From Clostridiales bacterium (GTDB taxonomy: Bacteria; Bacillota; Clostridia; Christensenellales; Aristaeellaceae), in contig JAILBG010000132.1 of NCBI GenBank assembly GCA_024681215.1, forward strand, positions 856-64,855: a DNA stretch of 64,000 nt. The letters are read 5' to 3'. A program made the translations under genes and the position numbers. The notes beneath the pieces were generated by a model. That model searched no databases. It saw only the letters and a program-made list of their open reading frames with translations, and was not told where the DNA came from. Of this stretch, positions 28,038 to 36,536 are shown piece by piece. Numbering within the stretch: the first letter of the stretch is position 1; every line of letters starts with the position of its first letter.

Positions 28038-28931
28038 TCACCGGTTGCGTTCCTTGATGGCCTTCACCAGGGAAATGATGTCCCATACGATCAGTACCGC
28101 GATGATGATGGCGAACGCGGTGGGCGACAGCTCGATGGAATGGAACAGGGTCATCACGCCCCGGCCGGAGCCGTACACCGTGGCGCCCCAAATGGCGATC
28201 AGAATGGTAAAGATGATGCCGAAAATGGCGCCGCGCAGGTTGTTCTTCTTCACCTGCTCCTGCTGCGCTTCCCGGGCGTACTCGGCCTGCTGCTCGGCAG
28301 CTTCCTTGGCCCTGGCGTGCTCGTCCACCCGCTGCTGCTCCTCCGCGGTCAGTTCCTTCCCGCTTTCCACCAGGCGGGCGATCTCCTCGTCCTTCTGCTT
28401 TTCCTTCTGCTGGTATTCGTCGGCGATGGGCTTGAGCGCGGTGGTGGCGCAGGCGCAGCGGTTGATCCTCTTCCTGTTTTTGAGAAGCAGGATCAGCCCC
28501 ACATACGGCACCATCTGCGCCACGACTGCTCCGTAAGCGTTGTTATGGCTGTTGAAGCGGGTCTTGGCCATCAGGATGCAGCCGGCGATCATGGCGATGA
28601 TCCAGCCCACCATGCCCAGGATCACCCCCATGAAAACGGGGCTGTCCCCCTTCGACTGGGAGCCCAGCACGATGGGCAGCACGATGGCCAAAATCAGCAT
28701 CAGGTTGCCAAGCAGCGCGAAGAACCAGCATTTTGTGGGGATCTTCCCTTTCTCCGCGCCGCAGTCGTCGCAGGCGTAGAGGGTGAATTCGTTGGCGAAG
28801 GTGGTGTCGACGGCGCCGGTGTAGCTTTTGATCTTCGCCTTGTTTTCCCCCGCGGGCACAAACACCGCGGCGGAGCACTCCTTTTCCTGATTGCAGATGC
28901 TGCAGTTCCTGGTGATCCGGTATTCGTTCAT
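28038..28931 (-). CDS. Membrane protein with an N-terminal CxxC..CxxC zinc ribbon and a central coiled coil (297 aa)
   Basis: RBS GAGGAGAGG then the ATG at 28931. N-terminus MNEYRITRNCSICNQ...YACDDCG. Several TM helices. A charged E/Q/K/A-rich segment. Two further C-terminal TM helices. Confidence 0.6.
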   Translation of the reverse strand: MNEYRITRNCSICNQEKECSAAVFVPAGENKAKIKSYTGAVDTTFANEFTLYACDDCGAEKGKIPTKCWFFALLGNLMLILAIVLPIVLGSQSKGDSPVFMGVILGMVGWIIAMIAGCILMAKTRFNSHNNAYGAVVAQMVPYVGLILLLKNRKRINRCACATTALKPIADEYQQKEKQKDEEIARLVESGKELTAEEQQRVDEHARAKEAAEQQAEYAREAQQEQVKKNNLRGAIFGIIFTILIAIWGATVYGSGRGVMTLFHSIELSPTAFAIIIAVLIVWDIISLVKAIKERNR

Positions 28932-29026
28932 AGTATCCTCTCCTCTTTTCTTTATGATTGCTGTTTTATCCGCGGCCCGACCGCCCGCCGGGCAGGCTGC
29001 CCGGTCTGCGAGGGGGGCCGCCGTGC

Positions 29027-30286
29027 TCACTGCTCGTCCCGGGTGAGGGGATAGGCCTGCAGCATATCCCGGAGCGTACCGTCGTCATAATACAGCGCTA
29101 CCAGCGTCAGCCGATCGATCCAGCCGGTTTCCTTCAGCCCGTAATCCGCCTGCAGCTTTTTCACGGCGTTGGCGGTATCCAGGTCAAAAACCCCCGCCGC
29201 TTCGCCCTGCAGCAGACCCCGGGCGATCAGCGCCTTACGGACCGCGCGGGCCCCGGTCCCATCGCTGCGGATCGCCGCCGTATAGCCGTACCACTGCATG
29301 ATGGTTTTCACGAACCGGGAAAGCTCCTCCGTCCCCTTGAATTCAGGCGGATCTTCCCAGAATTTCCCGCCCCCGGAAACGCTCACCGATCGCGGGGGCG
29401 TCCTGAGCAGGCTGACGGAGCATTCCACCCCGGGATCGGACAGGGAATAGGCGGTCCATTCCACCTGGCAGGAGTAGCCTTCGGCGGTGATGCCGGCCCC
29501 GCTGTACTTGCCGTGATACAGATATTTCATCCGCACCGACACCAGGATATCCGCTTCATCCGGATCGTCCGTAAAGCGGACCGTGCCCCGGGATTCGTCC
29601 ACAATGTCCCCGGCCCATTCCTTCAGGTAATCGGACAGAGGCGCCACGATGCCTTTTTTATTCACCGGGTACATGCCGTCCCGGTTGATGCCGATCTCGC
29701 ATTCGTCGTGGGTGATCATATAAGCGGTCAGGGGCGCGGGACGCGCCGGGACGTACAGATCCCCCGGGCTTTCCAGGCCGTATCTTTCCGCAAGCTGCCA
29801 GGCGGGCATGAATCCGACGGCGGCGTATTTCCTCGCCGTCCCGCCGTATCCCTCCCGGGCGGCGGCGGTCTCCCTGTCGGGCTCCGTCAGCAGATAATCG
29901 GAATCCGGGTCCTGCCAGAACAGTTTCCGCTTTTCTTCGGTGCCCTGGTAATACAGGAACACCGCGTCCGGCTTCGTGCCGTCAAATTTCTCGTTCCAGA
30001 ACCAGTAGGTGTATCTCCCGTCCGCTCCGGTGTCCACGCTGTCGGTGCGGTATGTTTTCCCCTTGAGGAAAATGGCGGCTTCCATCATGGGGCAGTTTTC
30101 GCCGAAGCCCGAGATCACCACGGTGATCTCTCCAGGATCCGCCTGGATGCTTTCCAGCCTCAGGCAGTATGCGCCGTCTTTTGTTCTGAACGCCCAGATC
30201 CCGTCGGCCGCGTCCTGCGCCCGGGCAGGGGCGCAGCAGCTCAGCAGGACCAGCGCGGCAAGGCATGCCACGATTTTTCTGTACAT
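29027..30286 (-). CDS. Secreted protein with a C-terminal peptidoglycan-binding (PG_binding_1-like) domain (419 aa)
   Basis: Signal peptide MYRKIVACLAALVLLSCCAPARA. C-terminal ..ARAVRKALIARGLLQGEAAGVFDLDTANAVKKLQADYGLKETGWIDRLTLVAL matches the PG-binding repeat pattern. The N-terminal roughly 330 aa are unrecognised. Confidence 0.65.
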   Translation of the reverse strand: MYRKIVACLAALVLLSCCAPARAQDAADGIWAFRTKDGAYCLRLESIQADPGEITVVISGFGENCPMMEAAIFLKGKTYRTDSVDTGADGRYTYWFWNEKFDGTKPDAVFLYYQGTEEKRKLFWQDPDSDYLLTEPDRETAAAREGYGGTARKYAAVGFMPAWQLAERYGLESPGDLYVPARPAPLTAYMITHDECEIGINRDGMYPVNKKGIVAPLSDYLKEWAGDIVDESRGTVRFTDDPDEADILVSVRMKYLYHGKYSGAGITAEGYSCQVEWTAYSLSDPGVECSVSLLRTPPRSVSVSGGGKFWEDPPEFKGTEELSRFVKTIMQWYGYTAAIRSDGTGARAVRKALIARGLLQGEAAGVFDLDTANAVKKLQADYGLKETGWIDRLTLVALYYDDGTLRDMLQAYPLTRDEQ

Positions 30287-30307
30287 TCCGTCCTCCCGAT
30301 CCGTCCG

Positions 30308-31579
30308 TTACTCGATGGCCGCCGAAGCCACGATGGCCTCCGCCATGCCCACGGCCGCTTCCCCCGTGAACAGCAGTGCCATGGCCGTGCGGCCGCTGCC
30401 GATGATGTAGAAGGCCATCGGCCCGGCGTTCACCTGTCCCCGGATCACGGCCGTGTTCCAGCTCCCCGCCGTTTCCATCACGGCGTTGGGCTCCACCTTG
30501 GTGGATTTGGGCAGGGCCTGGGCCGCGATGGGGACGGCAAGCTCGTCGGAATAATCAAAATCCAGGCTGTAGGTCCGGGCCATGATAAGGTTGTTCTTAT
30601 CATCGGGATCAATGAACACCACGCCCACGCTTGCTTCCTGGACGGCGTACGCTTCCGGATAATCCAGGGAATAGCCCGCGCCCTGCCAGCGGCGGAAGCC
30701 CACGCCGCCGTCCTGCGTTTCGCTGCCCAGCAGCGTCACGGTGGAAAGCAGCGCGTCCTCCATGAGAATGGCCTCATCCCCGATAAACGTGAAGGAAACA
30801 AGGTGCCTGTCCCCCGACAGCGTGGTCATCACCAGGTCCTGCCCGGTGGCCCGCCAGGTGCCCAGGGCGCGGAAGCCCCGCATTTCGCCCACCTGCTTCA
30901 TTTCGTACGCGCCGTTCAGCGTCAGGTTCTTTCCCTTCGCCTCCTGCTTTTCCAGGCTGTATTCCGCGATGGATTTTTCGATCGCCGGCGCGTCGGTCTC
31001 CCGGTCGCCGGTATAGCTGACGAGATCGGAAATCAGCGCGGCGACGATCACGGCGCTGTTGCTGCCCGTGATCTCCAGGATGATGCTGCCGTCGTAGGCA
31101 ACGCCGCATTTCCAGGACGCGGGATACCGGAAGCTGATGACCGCGTCGGCGTATTCGTCGGTTTCCCCCATGTCCACGGCAGCCGCTTCATCCGCGGCCC
31201 GCTCGCACCGGGCGATATAGGAATAGGTGCGGCCGTTGGGGAAGGTGGTGGTGATATCCAGCACCAGTACGCCGTCCTCCAGCGCCCAGGTGCCTGCCAC
31301 GCTGCCCAGGCCGCTGGTGGCGGGGATATCCACGGAGAAGGTGCTGTCCGAGCTGGAAACGGTGAAGGGATAGCTTTCCCGGTAGCCCGCCTGCTCGAAC
31401 GTGTATTCGCCGGAGCCGTCGGCGTTGATTTCCGCCGTCAGCTCAATGGACGGACCGCCGTTTTTGGGGGTGCCGGTCCCCTGCCATTTCCCCGCCAGCT
31501 CCCGGGGGATCTCCGCCATGGCGGGGACACAGCAGAGCAGGATCGCCAGGACCGCCAGGATGGATAACGTTTTTTTCAC
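30308..31579 (-). CDS. Secreted protein or lipoprotein with a lipocalin-like N-terminal module
   Basis: GTG at 31579 preceded by GGGAGGAG. Signal peptide (V/M)KKTLSILAVLAILLCCVPAMA. LAGKWQGTG..GTWALEDGVLVLD module. The rest is unrecognised. Confidence 0.6.
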   Translation of the reverse strand: MKKTLSILAVLAILLCCVPAMAEIPRELAGKWQGTGTPKNGGPSIELTAEINADGSGEYTFEQAGYRESYPFTVSSSDSTFSVDIPATSGLGSVAGTWALEDGVLVLDITTTFPNGRTYSYIARCERAADEAAAVDMGETDEYADAVISFRYPASWKCGVAYDGSIILEITGSNSAVIVAALISDLVSYTGDRETDAPAIEKSIAEYSLEKQEAKGKNLTLNGAYEMKQVGEMRGFRALGTWRATGQDLVMTTLSGDRHLVSFTFIGDEAILMEDALLSTVTLLGSETQDGGVGFRRWQGAGYSLDYPEAYAVQEASVGVVFIDPDDKNNLIMARTYSLDFDYSDELAVPIAAQALPKSTKVEPNAVMETAGSWNTAVIRGQVNAGPMAFYIIGSGRTAMALLFTGEAAVGMAEAIVASAAIE

Positions 31580-31755
31580 TTTTTCTCCTCCCTTTTTCAT
31601 TTGCTGCCCGATCACGGTTTTTCGTTTTTCCGCGGCGCGCCGCCGCGCGTTTTTTGGTTTTTTATTCTTTTATTTCTCCCCGCGGTTTCCATTTCCTTCT
31701 TTTTCCATCAAATTCATGGGCAGATTTTGTCTTTTTTCCGGTCATTATCTTCCCG

Positions 31756-33324
31756 TCAATTCATTTGCCCGTTCAGGATCTCCCGCACCGCGGAAGCGAA
31801 CTCCCGGGGCAGGGCGTACTGCGGGCTGTGCCCGCACCCGTCCAGGAGAAGGAGCCCTTTCCCCGGCGCCGTCAGGGTCTCCAGATACGACTGCACCGCG
31901 GACGCCGGGCACACCCAGTCGTCCGTGCCGGAAATAAAGTACACCGGCACCTGATACGCCGTGCCTTGCCGGTACGCGTCGAAATCAAAGGTCTCCGCAA
32001 ACAGGCGCCGGTTCAGCGCGAAAAAGCCGTCCAGGCCGCCCGTCTGCTTCAGGAACCAGCGGAAATCGTCCACCCCGAGATACGGCGAGGTCAGCGCCGT
32101 CCACAGCTGGCCGTCCCGGATCCGCGCCGGATGATAGGGCGCCGTCAGCGCCCGCACCGCCATCAGCGTATCCAGGCTGCCTTCCCGCCGGAAAGCGTCC
32201 CAGGCCGAAGTCAGTTTTTCCGTGTCCTCCCCGGCGGACGCGGCCTTCTTCAGCGCGTCCTCATAACTGTACGCATCCGCCTGCTCCGGATTGATCACCT
32301 GGGACGCGCCGATGTAGACCGCCACCTTTTCCGGATGCGCCAGGGCGTACCGGCTGCCCAGGATGGTGCCGTAGGAATGGCCCAGCAGGATCACCTTTTC
32401 CCGCCCGAACCGGCACCGCAGGTAATCCACCAAAGCGTCCAGGTCCTCCAGGGCCTGGGGGAAGGCGGCCGTCCGGTTTTCCGGGTCGCTTCCCGCGTTG
32501 CGGAAATACGTGCGGCCGCAGCCCCGCTGATCCCAGCAGACGAAGGTGTAGTCCGCCGTCAGGGCATCGGCGAAGGCATAGGCGCAGCAAGTGTCCGGGG
32601 CCGCCGGCCCGCCGTGCAGGTACACGATCACCGGGTTATTCCTGTCCCGCCCCGTGATCAGCACGTACTGCTCCTGTCCGTTCAGGGGCAGAAAGATCCC
32701 CTCGTCCACGCCCCGGGGCAGGTTCGCCCAGTGCCGGACGGCGCGCACGTTGCGCACCGCGGTCACCGCCGTGATCCCCAGCAGCGCCAGGACGGCGGCG
32801 GCGGCCAGCGCCGTTTTCAGGATCTGCATTGGAACGGATGTGCGTTTTTTTCCGATCCCCGCTTCCCGGGCGTGGGCGAGATGGATGCCCACATGCCCCA
32901 CTCCCAGGATCAGGCTGGAGAGGATCAGCGGGCTGTTGCCGCCGTAGATCCCCAGCAGCAGGAAACCCGCTACCGGCAGCAGCGCCCCCGGCACGGGGAT
33001 GCCAAGCAGCGGGCCGTAAAAATCCCGCATGGTCCTTTCGCTGCGGAAATAGCGCGCCCAGAAGACCTCGTACAGCAGCATGCACGAAAAGGAAGCGATC
33101 AGCCACAGGCACCAGGCCGTCCAGGGCCGCAGATCGAAATCCGAAAAGCACGCCGCCGCGCAGGCAGTCAGCACTTCCCCGGCCCTTTCCAGGGCAAGCA
33201 GCGCCTTGTTTTCCCCTTTCACGAAGCGGGCATAGCCCTCAGGCTGCCGCCGCGTCCACAGGAGGTTGGGGATCAGCAGCATCGCCAGGTAAACCAGCCC
33301 CACCCAGGATAAGCCGAAACGCAT
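31756..33324 (-). CDS. Membrane-anchored alpha/beta hydrolase (proline-iminopeptidase-like), 522 aa
   Basis: The N-terminal roughly 190 aa are polytopic. Then come VIVYLHGGPA, the nucleophile elbow LLGHSYGT and C-terminal ..DGCGHSP. Confidence 0.75.
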   Translation of the reverse strand: MRFGLSWVGLVYLAMLLIPNLLWTRRQPEGYARFVKGENKALLALERAGEVLTACAAACFSDFDLRPWTAWCLWLIASFSCMLLYEVFWARYFRSERTMRDFYGPLLGIPVPGALLPVAGFLLLGIYGGNSPLILSSLILGVGHVGIHLAHAREAGIGKKRTSVPMQILKTALAAAAVLALLGITAVTAVRNVRAVRHWANLPRGVDEGIFLPLNGQEQYVLITGRDRNNPVIVYLHGGPAAPDTCCAYAFADALTADYTFVCWDQRGCGRTYFRNAGSDPENRTAAFPQALEDLDALVDYLRCRFGREKVILLGHSYGTILGSRYALAHPEKVAVYIGASQVINPEQADAYSYEDALKKAASAGEDTEKLTSAWDAFRREGSLDTLMAVRALTAPYHPARIRDGQLWTALTSPYLGVDDFRWFLKQTGGLDGFFALNRRLFAETFDFDAYRQGTAYQVPVYFISGTDDWVCPASAVQSYLETLTAPGKGLLLLDGCGHSPQYALPREFASAVREILNGQMN

Positions 33325-33342
33325 ACGGTTTTCCTCTTTTCT

Positions 33343-34002
33343 TCACCGCACCGCCGCGATCCACCGGACGCCCCGGGCCAGCCGCGCCCCGGCATCCTGG
33401 AAATGGCCGCCTGCGTTCATTTCCAGCACCGTTTCCACCCCGCGGTCCCGCAGCAATCGCTCCAACCGCCGCGTTTCATCCTCCACCGTGCGCAGCACCG
33501 GATGGACCGACCGCTTTTCCCGGTCGCCCAGGGAAAGATAGACCCGCCGGGGCTTTTTCGCAAAAGCGTGCCGGGCCGCAAAATCGGAAAAGCCCGGATA
33601 CCACAGGGATCCGGAGGCGCTGACCGCGCCGTCGAAGGCGTCCGTGCGGTACAGGGCGTACAGCGCGAACAGCCCCGCCAGGGAATACCCCGCCAGGTAC
33701 GCCCCCTCCTGTGCCGCGCCCAGCGCTTCCCGGACCGCCGGCAGGATCTTGCCCGCAAGGATCTCCAGGAAGGCGTCCGCGCCGCCGGAAAACGCCTTCT
33801 CCCCCTTCCGCAGCGGCGGGGCGGGCCAGGGGGACAGATCCCTGTTCCAATCCAGCTCCTCCACGGCGGCCAGGGAAAAGCCTGCGCCGTCCAAAAACGG
33901 GCCCATCTCCTCCCCGCCGCCGCACAGCAGCACCAGCGGCGCGCCTTTTTCCGCCGCCGGAAACAGGACGATCCGCCTGTCCGCGATCTGCAGCGTCTCC
34001 AT
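33343..34002 (-). CDS. Esterase (alpha/beta hydrolase, putative esterase family)
   Basis: GxSxG elbow in YLAGYSLAGLFALYA. 219 aa. RBS AGAGGGTGGGGGG upstream. Confidence 0.7.
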   Translation of the reverse strand: METLQIADRRIVLFPAAEKGAPLVLLCGGGEEMGPFLDGAGFSLAAVEELDWNRDLSPWPAPPLRKGEKAFSGGADAFLEILAGKILPAVREALGAAQEGAYLAGYSLAGLFALYALYRTDAFDGAVSASGSLWYPGFSDFAARHAFAKKPRRVYLSLGDREKRSVHPVLRTVEDETRRLERLLRDRGVETVLEMNAGGHFQDAGARLARGVRWIAAVR

Positions 34003-34030
34003 GTCCCCCCACCCTCTTTTTCAAAGAAAA

Positions 34031-34327
34031 TCACTTATCGTCCCCTTCCCGCCGCACCCGGAAGCCGCTTTCCCGGCTCACCGGATCGATGGGAAGGATC
34101 TCCGTGCGTTCGATATGGATGTGCGGCTGGCTTTTCAGCCGGATCACCAGCTGCCGCAGCGCCCCGATCCCGCCCTGGGCCTCCACCGCCACCCGGCCGT
34201 CCTGCAAATTCCGCACCCAGCCGGTCAGCCCCAGCGTCCGCGCCAGATAAAGCGCGGTATAGCGGAAGCCCACGCGCTGCACATGGCCGGAAAACAGGAT
34301 TCGCCATCGCGTCTGCGCCGTTTTCAC
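34031..34327 (-). CDS. acyP: Acylphosphatase
   Basis: Signature ..ILFSGHVQRVGFRYTALYLARTLGLTGWVRNLQDGRVAVEAQG. GTG start after GAGGAGG. Confidence 0.85.
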   Translation of the reverse strand: MKTAQTRWRILFSGHVQRVGFRYTALYLARTLGLTGWVRNLQDGRVAVEAQGGIGALRQLVIRLKSQPHIHIERTEILPIDPVSRESGFRVRREGDDK

Positions 34328-34345
34328 AATTCCTCCTCACAGCAA

Positions 34346-34381
34346 TTTCCCGCCCGGAGCGCGCAGGTTCCGGGCGGGAAA
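34346..34381 (-). terminator. Strong stem-loop between ptsI and acyP (possible terminator or processing site)
   Basis: 13-bp stem TTTCCCGCCCGGA / TCCGGGCGGGAAA. There is no clean T-run on the minus strand, so its function is uncertain. Confidence 0.4.
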
Positions 34382-34396
34382 AATGCTTTTCATCCG

Positions 34397-36076
34397 TTAC
34401 AGGTCGTTATCATCGCTGAGCAGCTCTGCCAGCACCTTTTCCTTCACCTGGGAAACGTCCGTTTCCCGGATCTTCTGCCGCAGGGGCAGCACGGACCGGG
34501 GGGACACGCTCAGCTCGTCGATGCCGATGGAGAGGAAGGTCTCCGTCAGCGCCAGGTCCGCCCCCAGTTCGCCGCAGATGCCCACCCACACGCCGTTTTT
34601 GTGGGCGTTGTCGCACACCATTTTCAGGGCGCGGAGCACCGCCGGGTGATGGGGATTGTAGAACCTGCCCAGATCGGCGTTCTGCCGGTCGCAGGCCAGG
34701 GTGTACTGGGTCAGGTCGTTGGTGCCGCAGGAGAAGAAATCCACCACCTTGGCCAGCCGGTCGCTCATGAGCACGGCGGCGGGAGTCTCGATCATGATGC
34801 CGATCTCCACGTCCTCGCTGAAGGGGATGCCCTCCTCGGTCAGCTCCTTCTTCACCCGTTCGCACATCTTCCTTGCTTCCTTCACCTCCCACACGCTGGT
34901 GACCATGGGGAACATGATGCCCAGTTTCCCATAGGCGCTGGCCCGGTACAGGGCGCGCAGCTGGGTGTGGAAGATTTCGGGCCGGTTCAGGCAGATGCGC
35001 AGGGCGCGGTTGCCCAGGGCGGGGTTTTCTTCCTTGGGCAGATTGAAATAGCCGATCTGCTTGTCCGCGCCGATGTCCAGGGTGCGGATCACCACTTCCC
35101 TACCGCCCATGTCGCTGAGCACTTTTTTGTACGCCTCGAACTGATAATCCTCGGTGGGATAATCGTCGCAGTTGAGATAAAGGAATTCGCTGCGGAACAG
35201 GCCCACGCCGCCGGCATCGTTGCCCAGCACGGCGGCTACGTCGTCCGGGGAGCCGATGTTGCAGTACACGCGGATGCTCTGCCCGTCCAGGGTCTCGTTG
35301 GGCTGGCCCTTGAGCTTCTCCAGCAGCTCCCGCTGGCGCTTCTGTTCCTCCATCTTCTTGACCAGGTGGCTGCGGGTGTCGGCGTCGGCTTCGATGACCA
35401 CGCTGCCGGTGCTGCCGTCGATGATGACCTCCCGGCCCTCGTATTCGGGCTTCAGCTGATTCCCCACGCCGATGATGGCGGGGATGCCCATGGTGCGGGC
35501 CAGGATGGCGGTGTGGGAGGAGCCGGAGCCGCCCTCGGTGACGAAGCCCAAAATCTTGCTCTTATCCAGCTGCACCGTTTCGCTGGGGGCCAGATCGTCC
35601 GCCGCCAGAATCACGGGCACCGGGGAGTCGATGCCTCCCTGGGCCACGCCGGTGAGGGCCGCGATGATGCGGCCGGACACGTCCTTCACGTCCGCCGCCC
35701 GGGCCTGGAAATAAGGATCGTCCATGGCGGCGAACATTTCCGCAAACTGCGCCGCGGTATCGGTGACGGCAGCCTCGGCGTTGAGGCGCGCATCCTGGAT
35801 GGCGGTCTGGATGGCTTCTTCATATTCCATGTCCTCCGCCATCATCTGATGGGTCTCAAACAGCAGCGCCGCTTCGTCCCCGGCCTCCGCCCGGGCCTTT
35901 TCGGCCAATTCGCCCAGCTGGGAAACAGCCTTTTCCTGGGCGGCCTTGAACCGCGCCCACTCCGCCTCCGCATCCTCCACCTCATAGCGACGAATGGTGG
36001 ATTTTGCGCGCTGATAGTAGTACAGCGGGCCGATGGCCACGCCGGTGGATACGCCTTTGCCCTGAATGGAAATCAT
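34397..36076 (-). CDS. ptsI: Phosphoenolpyruvate-protein phosphotransferase (PTS Enzyme I)
   Basis: 559 aa. Active-site His region GGSGSSHTAILARTMGIPAI. PEP-utilising C-terminal domain ..FFSCGTNDLTQYTLA.. Confidence 0.95.
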   Translation of the reverse strand: MISIQGKGVSTGVAIGPLYYYQRAKSTIRRYEVEDAEAEWARFKAAQEKAVSQLGELAEKARAEAGDEAALLFETHQMMAEDMEYEEAIQTAIQDARLNAEAAVTDTAAQFAEMFAAMDDPYFQARAADVKDVSGRIIAALTGVAQGGIDSPVPVILAADDLAPSETVQLDKSKILGFVTEGGSGSSHTAILARTMGIPAIIGVGNQLKPEYEGREVIIDGSTGSVVIEADADTRSHLVKKMEEQKRQRELLEKLKGQPNETLDGQSIRVYCNIGSPDDVAAVLGNDAGGVGLFRSEFLYLNCDDYPTEDYQFEAYKKVLSDMGGREVVIRTLDIGADKQIGYFNLPKEENPALGNRALRICLNRPEIFHTQLRALYRASAYGKLGIMFPMVTSVWEVKEARKMCERVKKELTEEGIPFSEDVEIGIMIETPAAVLMSDRLAKVVDFFSCGTNDLTQYTLACDRQNADLGRFYNPHHPAVLRALKMVCDNAHKNGVWVGICGELGADLALTETFLSIGIDELSVSPRSVLPLRQKIRETDVSQVKEKVLAELLSDDNDL

Positions 36077-36096
36077 ATCGTTTCCTCCTCTATGCT

Positions 36097-36130
36097 GAAA
36101 ACAAACGGCTGTCCCGCAGGCAGCCGTTTT
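36097..36130 (-). terminator. Terminator- or attenuator-like hairpin between ptsH and ptsI
   Basis: The minus strand reads AAACGGCTG-CCTGCGGGA-CAGCCGTTT followed by GTTTTC. Confidence 0.45.
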
Positions 36131-36142
36131 CGTGTGATCCCG

Positions 36143-36400
36143 TTACAGATTGGCCTTGAAGAATTCCTCGATGGCGGCGGCGGCGGTATCCTCGTCCGCG
36201 CCCTCCACGGTGACCTTCACGGTGTCGCCCTGCTTGATGCCCATGCCCATCAGGGCCATGAGCTTCAGGGCGTTGACGGCCTTTTCGCCCTTGATCACGG
36301 TGACGGTGGAGGCGTACTTCTTGATTTCCTTGACCAGCACGCCGGCGGGACGGGCATGGATGCCCACGGGATCGGTGATGGTGTACTCAAAAGACTTCAT
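36143..36400 (-). CDS. ptsH: Phosphocarrier protein HPr
   Basis: MKSFEYTITDPVGIHARPAG.. with His15. 85 aa. RBS AGGAGGAAAA before the ATG at 36400. The longer ORF-track form (to 36637) overlaps the EIIA coding region. Confidence 0.9.
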   Translation of the reverse strand: MKSFEYTITDPVGIHARPAGVLVKEIKKYASTVTVIKGEKAVNALKLMALMGMGIKQGDTVKVTVEGADEDTAAAAIEEFFKANL

Positions 36401-36536
36401 GGCTTTTCCTCCTATTTCTCTCTTCCGCTTCCACGGAATAAAATCACATTGAATCAATTTCTGCCGGTTTTCCCGGAAGGGGGCCGGGGGGCCGCCCGCT
36501 TTCTTTCCAAGAGCGGCTCCCCGGGAAGCCCGTCCG

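Noticed and set aside
26791-28191. 466-aa version of the ChvE-like binding protein ORF.
   Set aside because: The extension runs through the TTGACA-17-TATAAT promoter and into the upstream gene. The signal peptide and RBS define the start at 27852.
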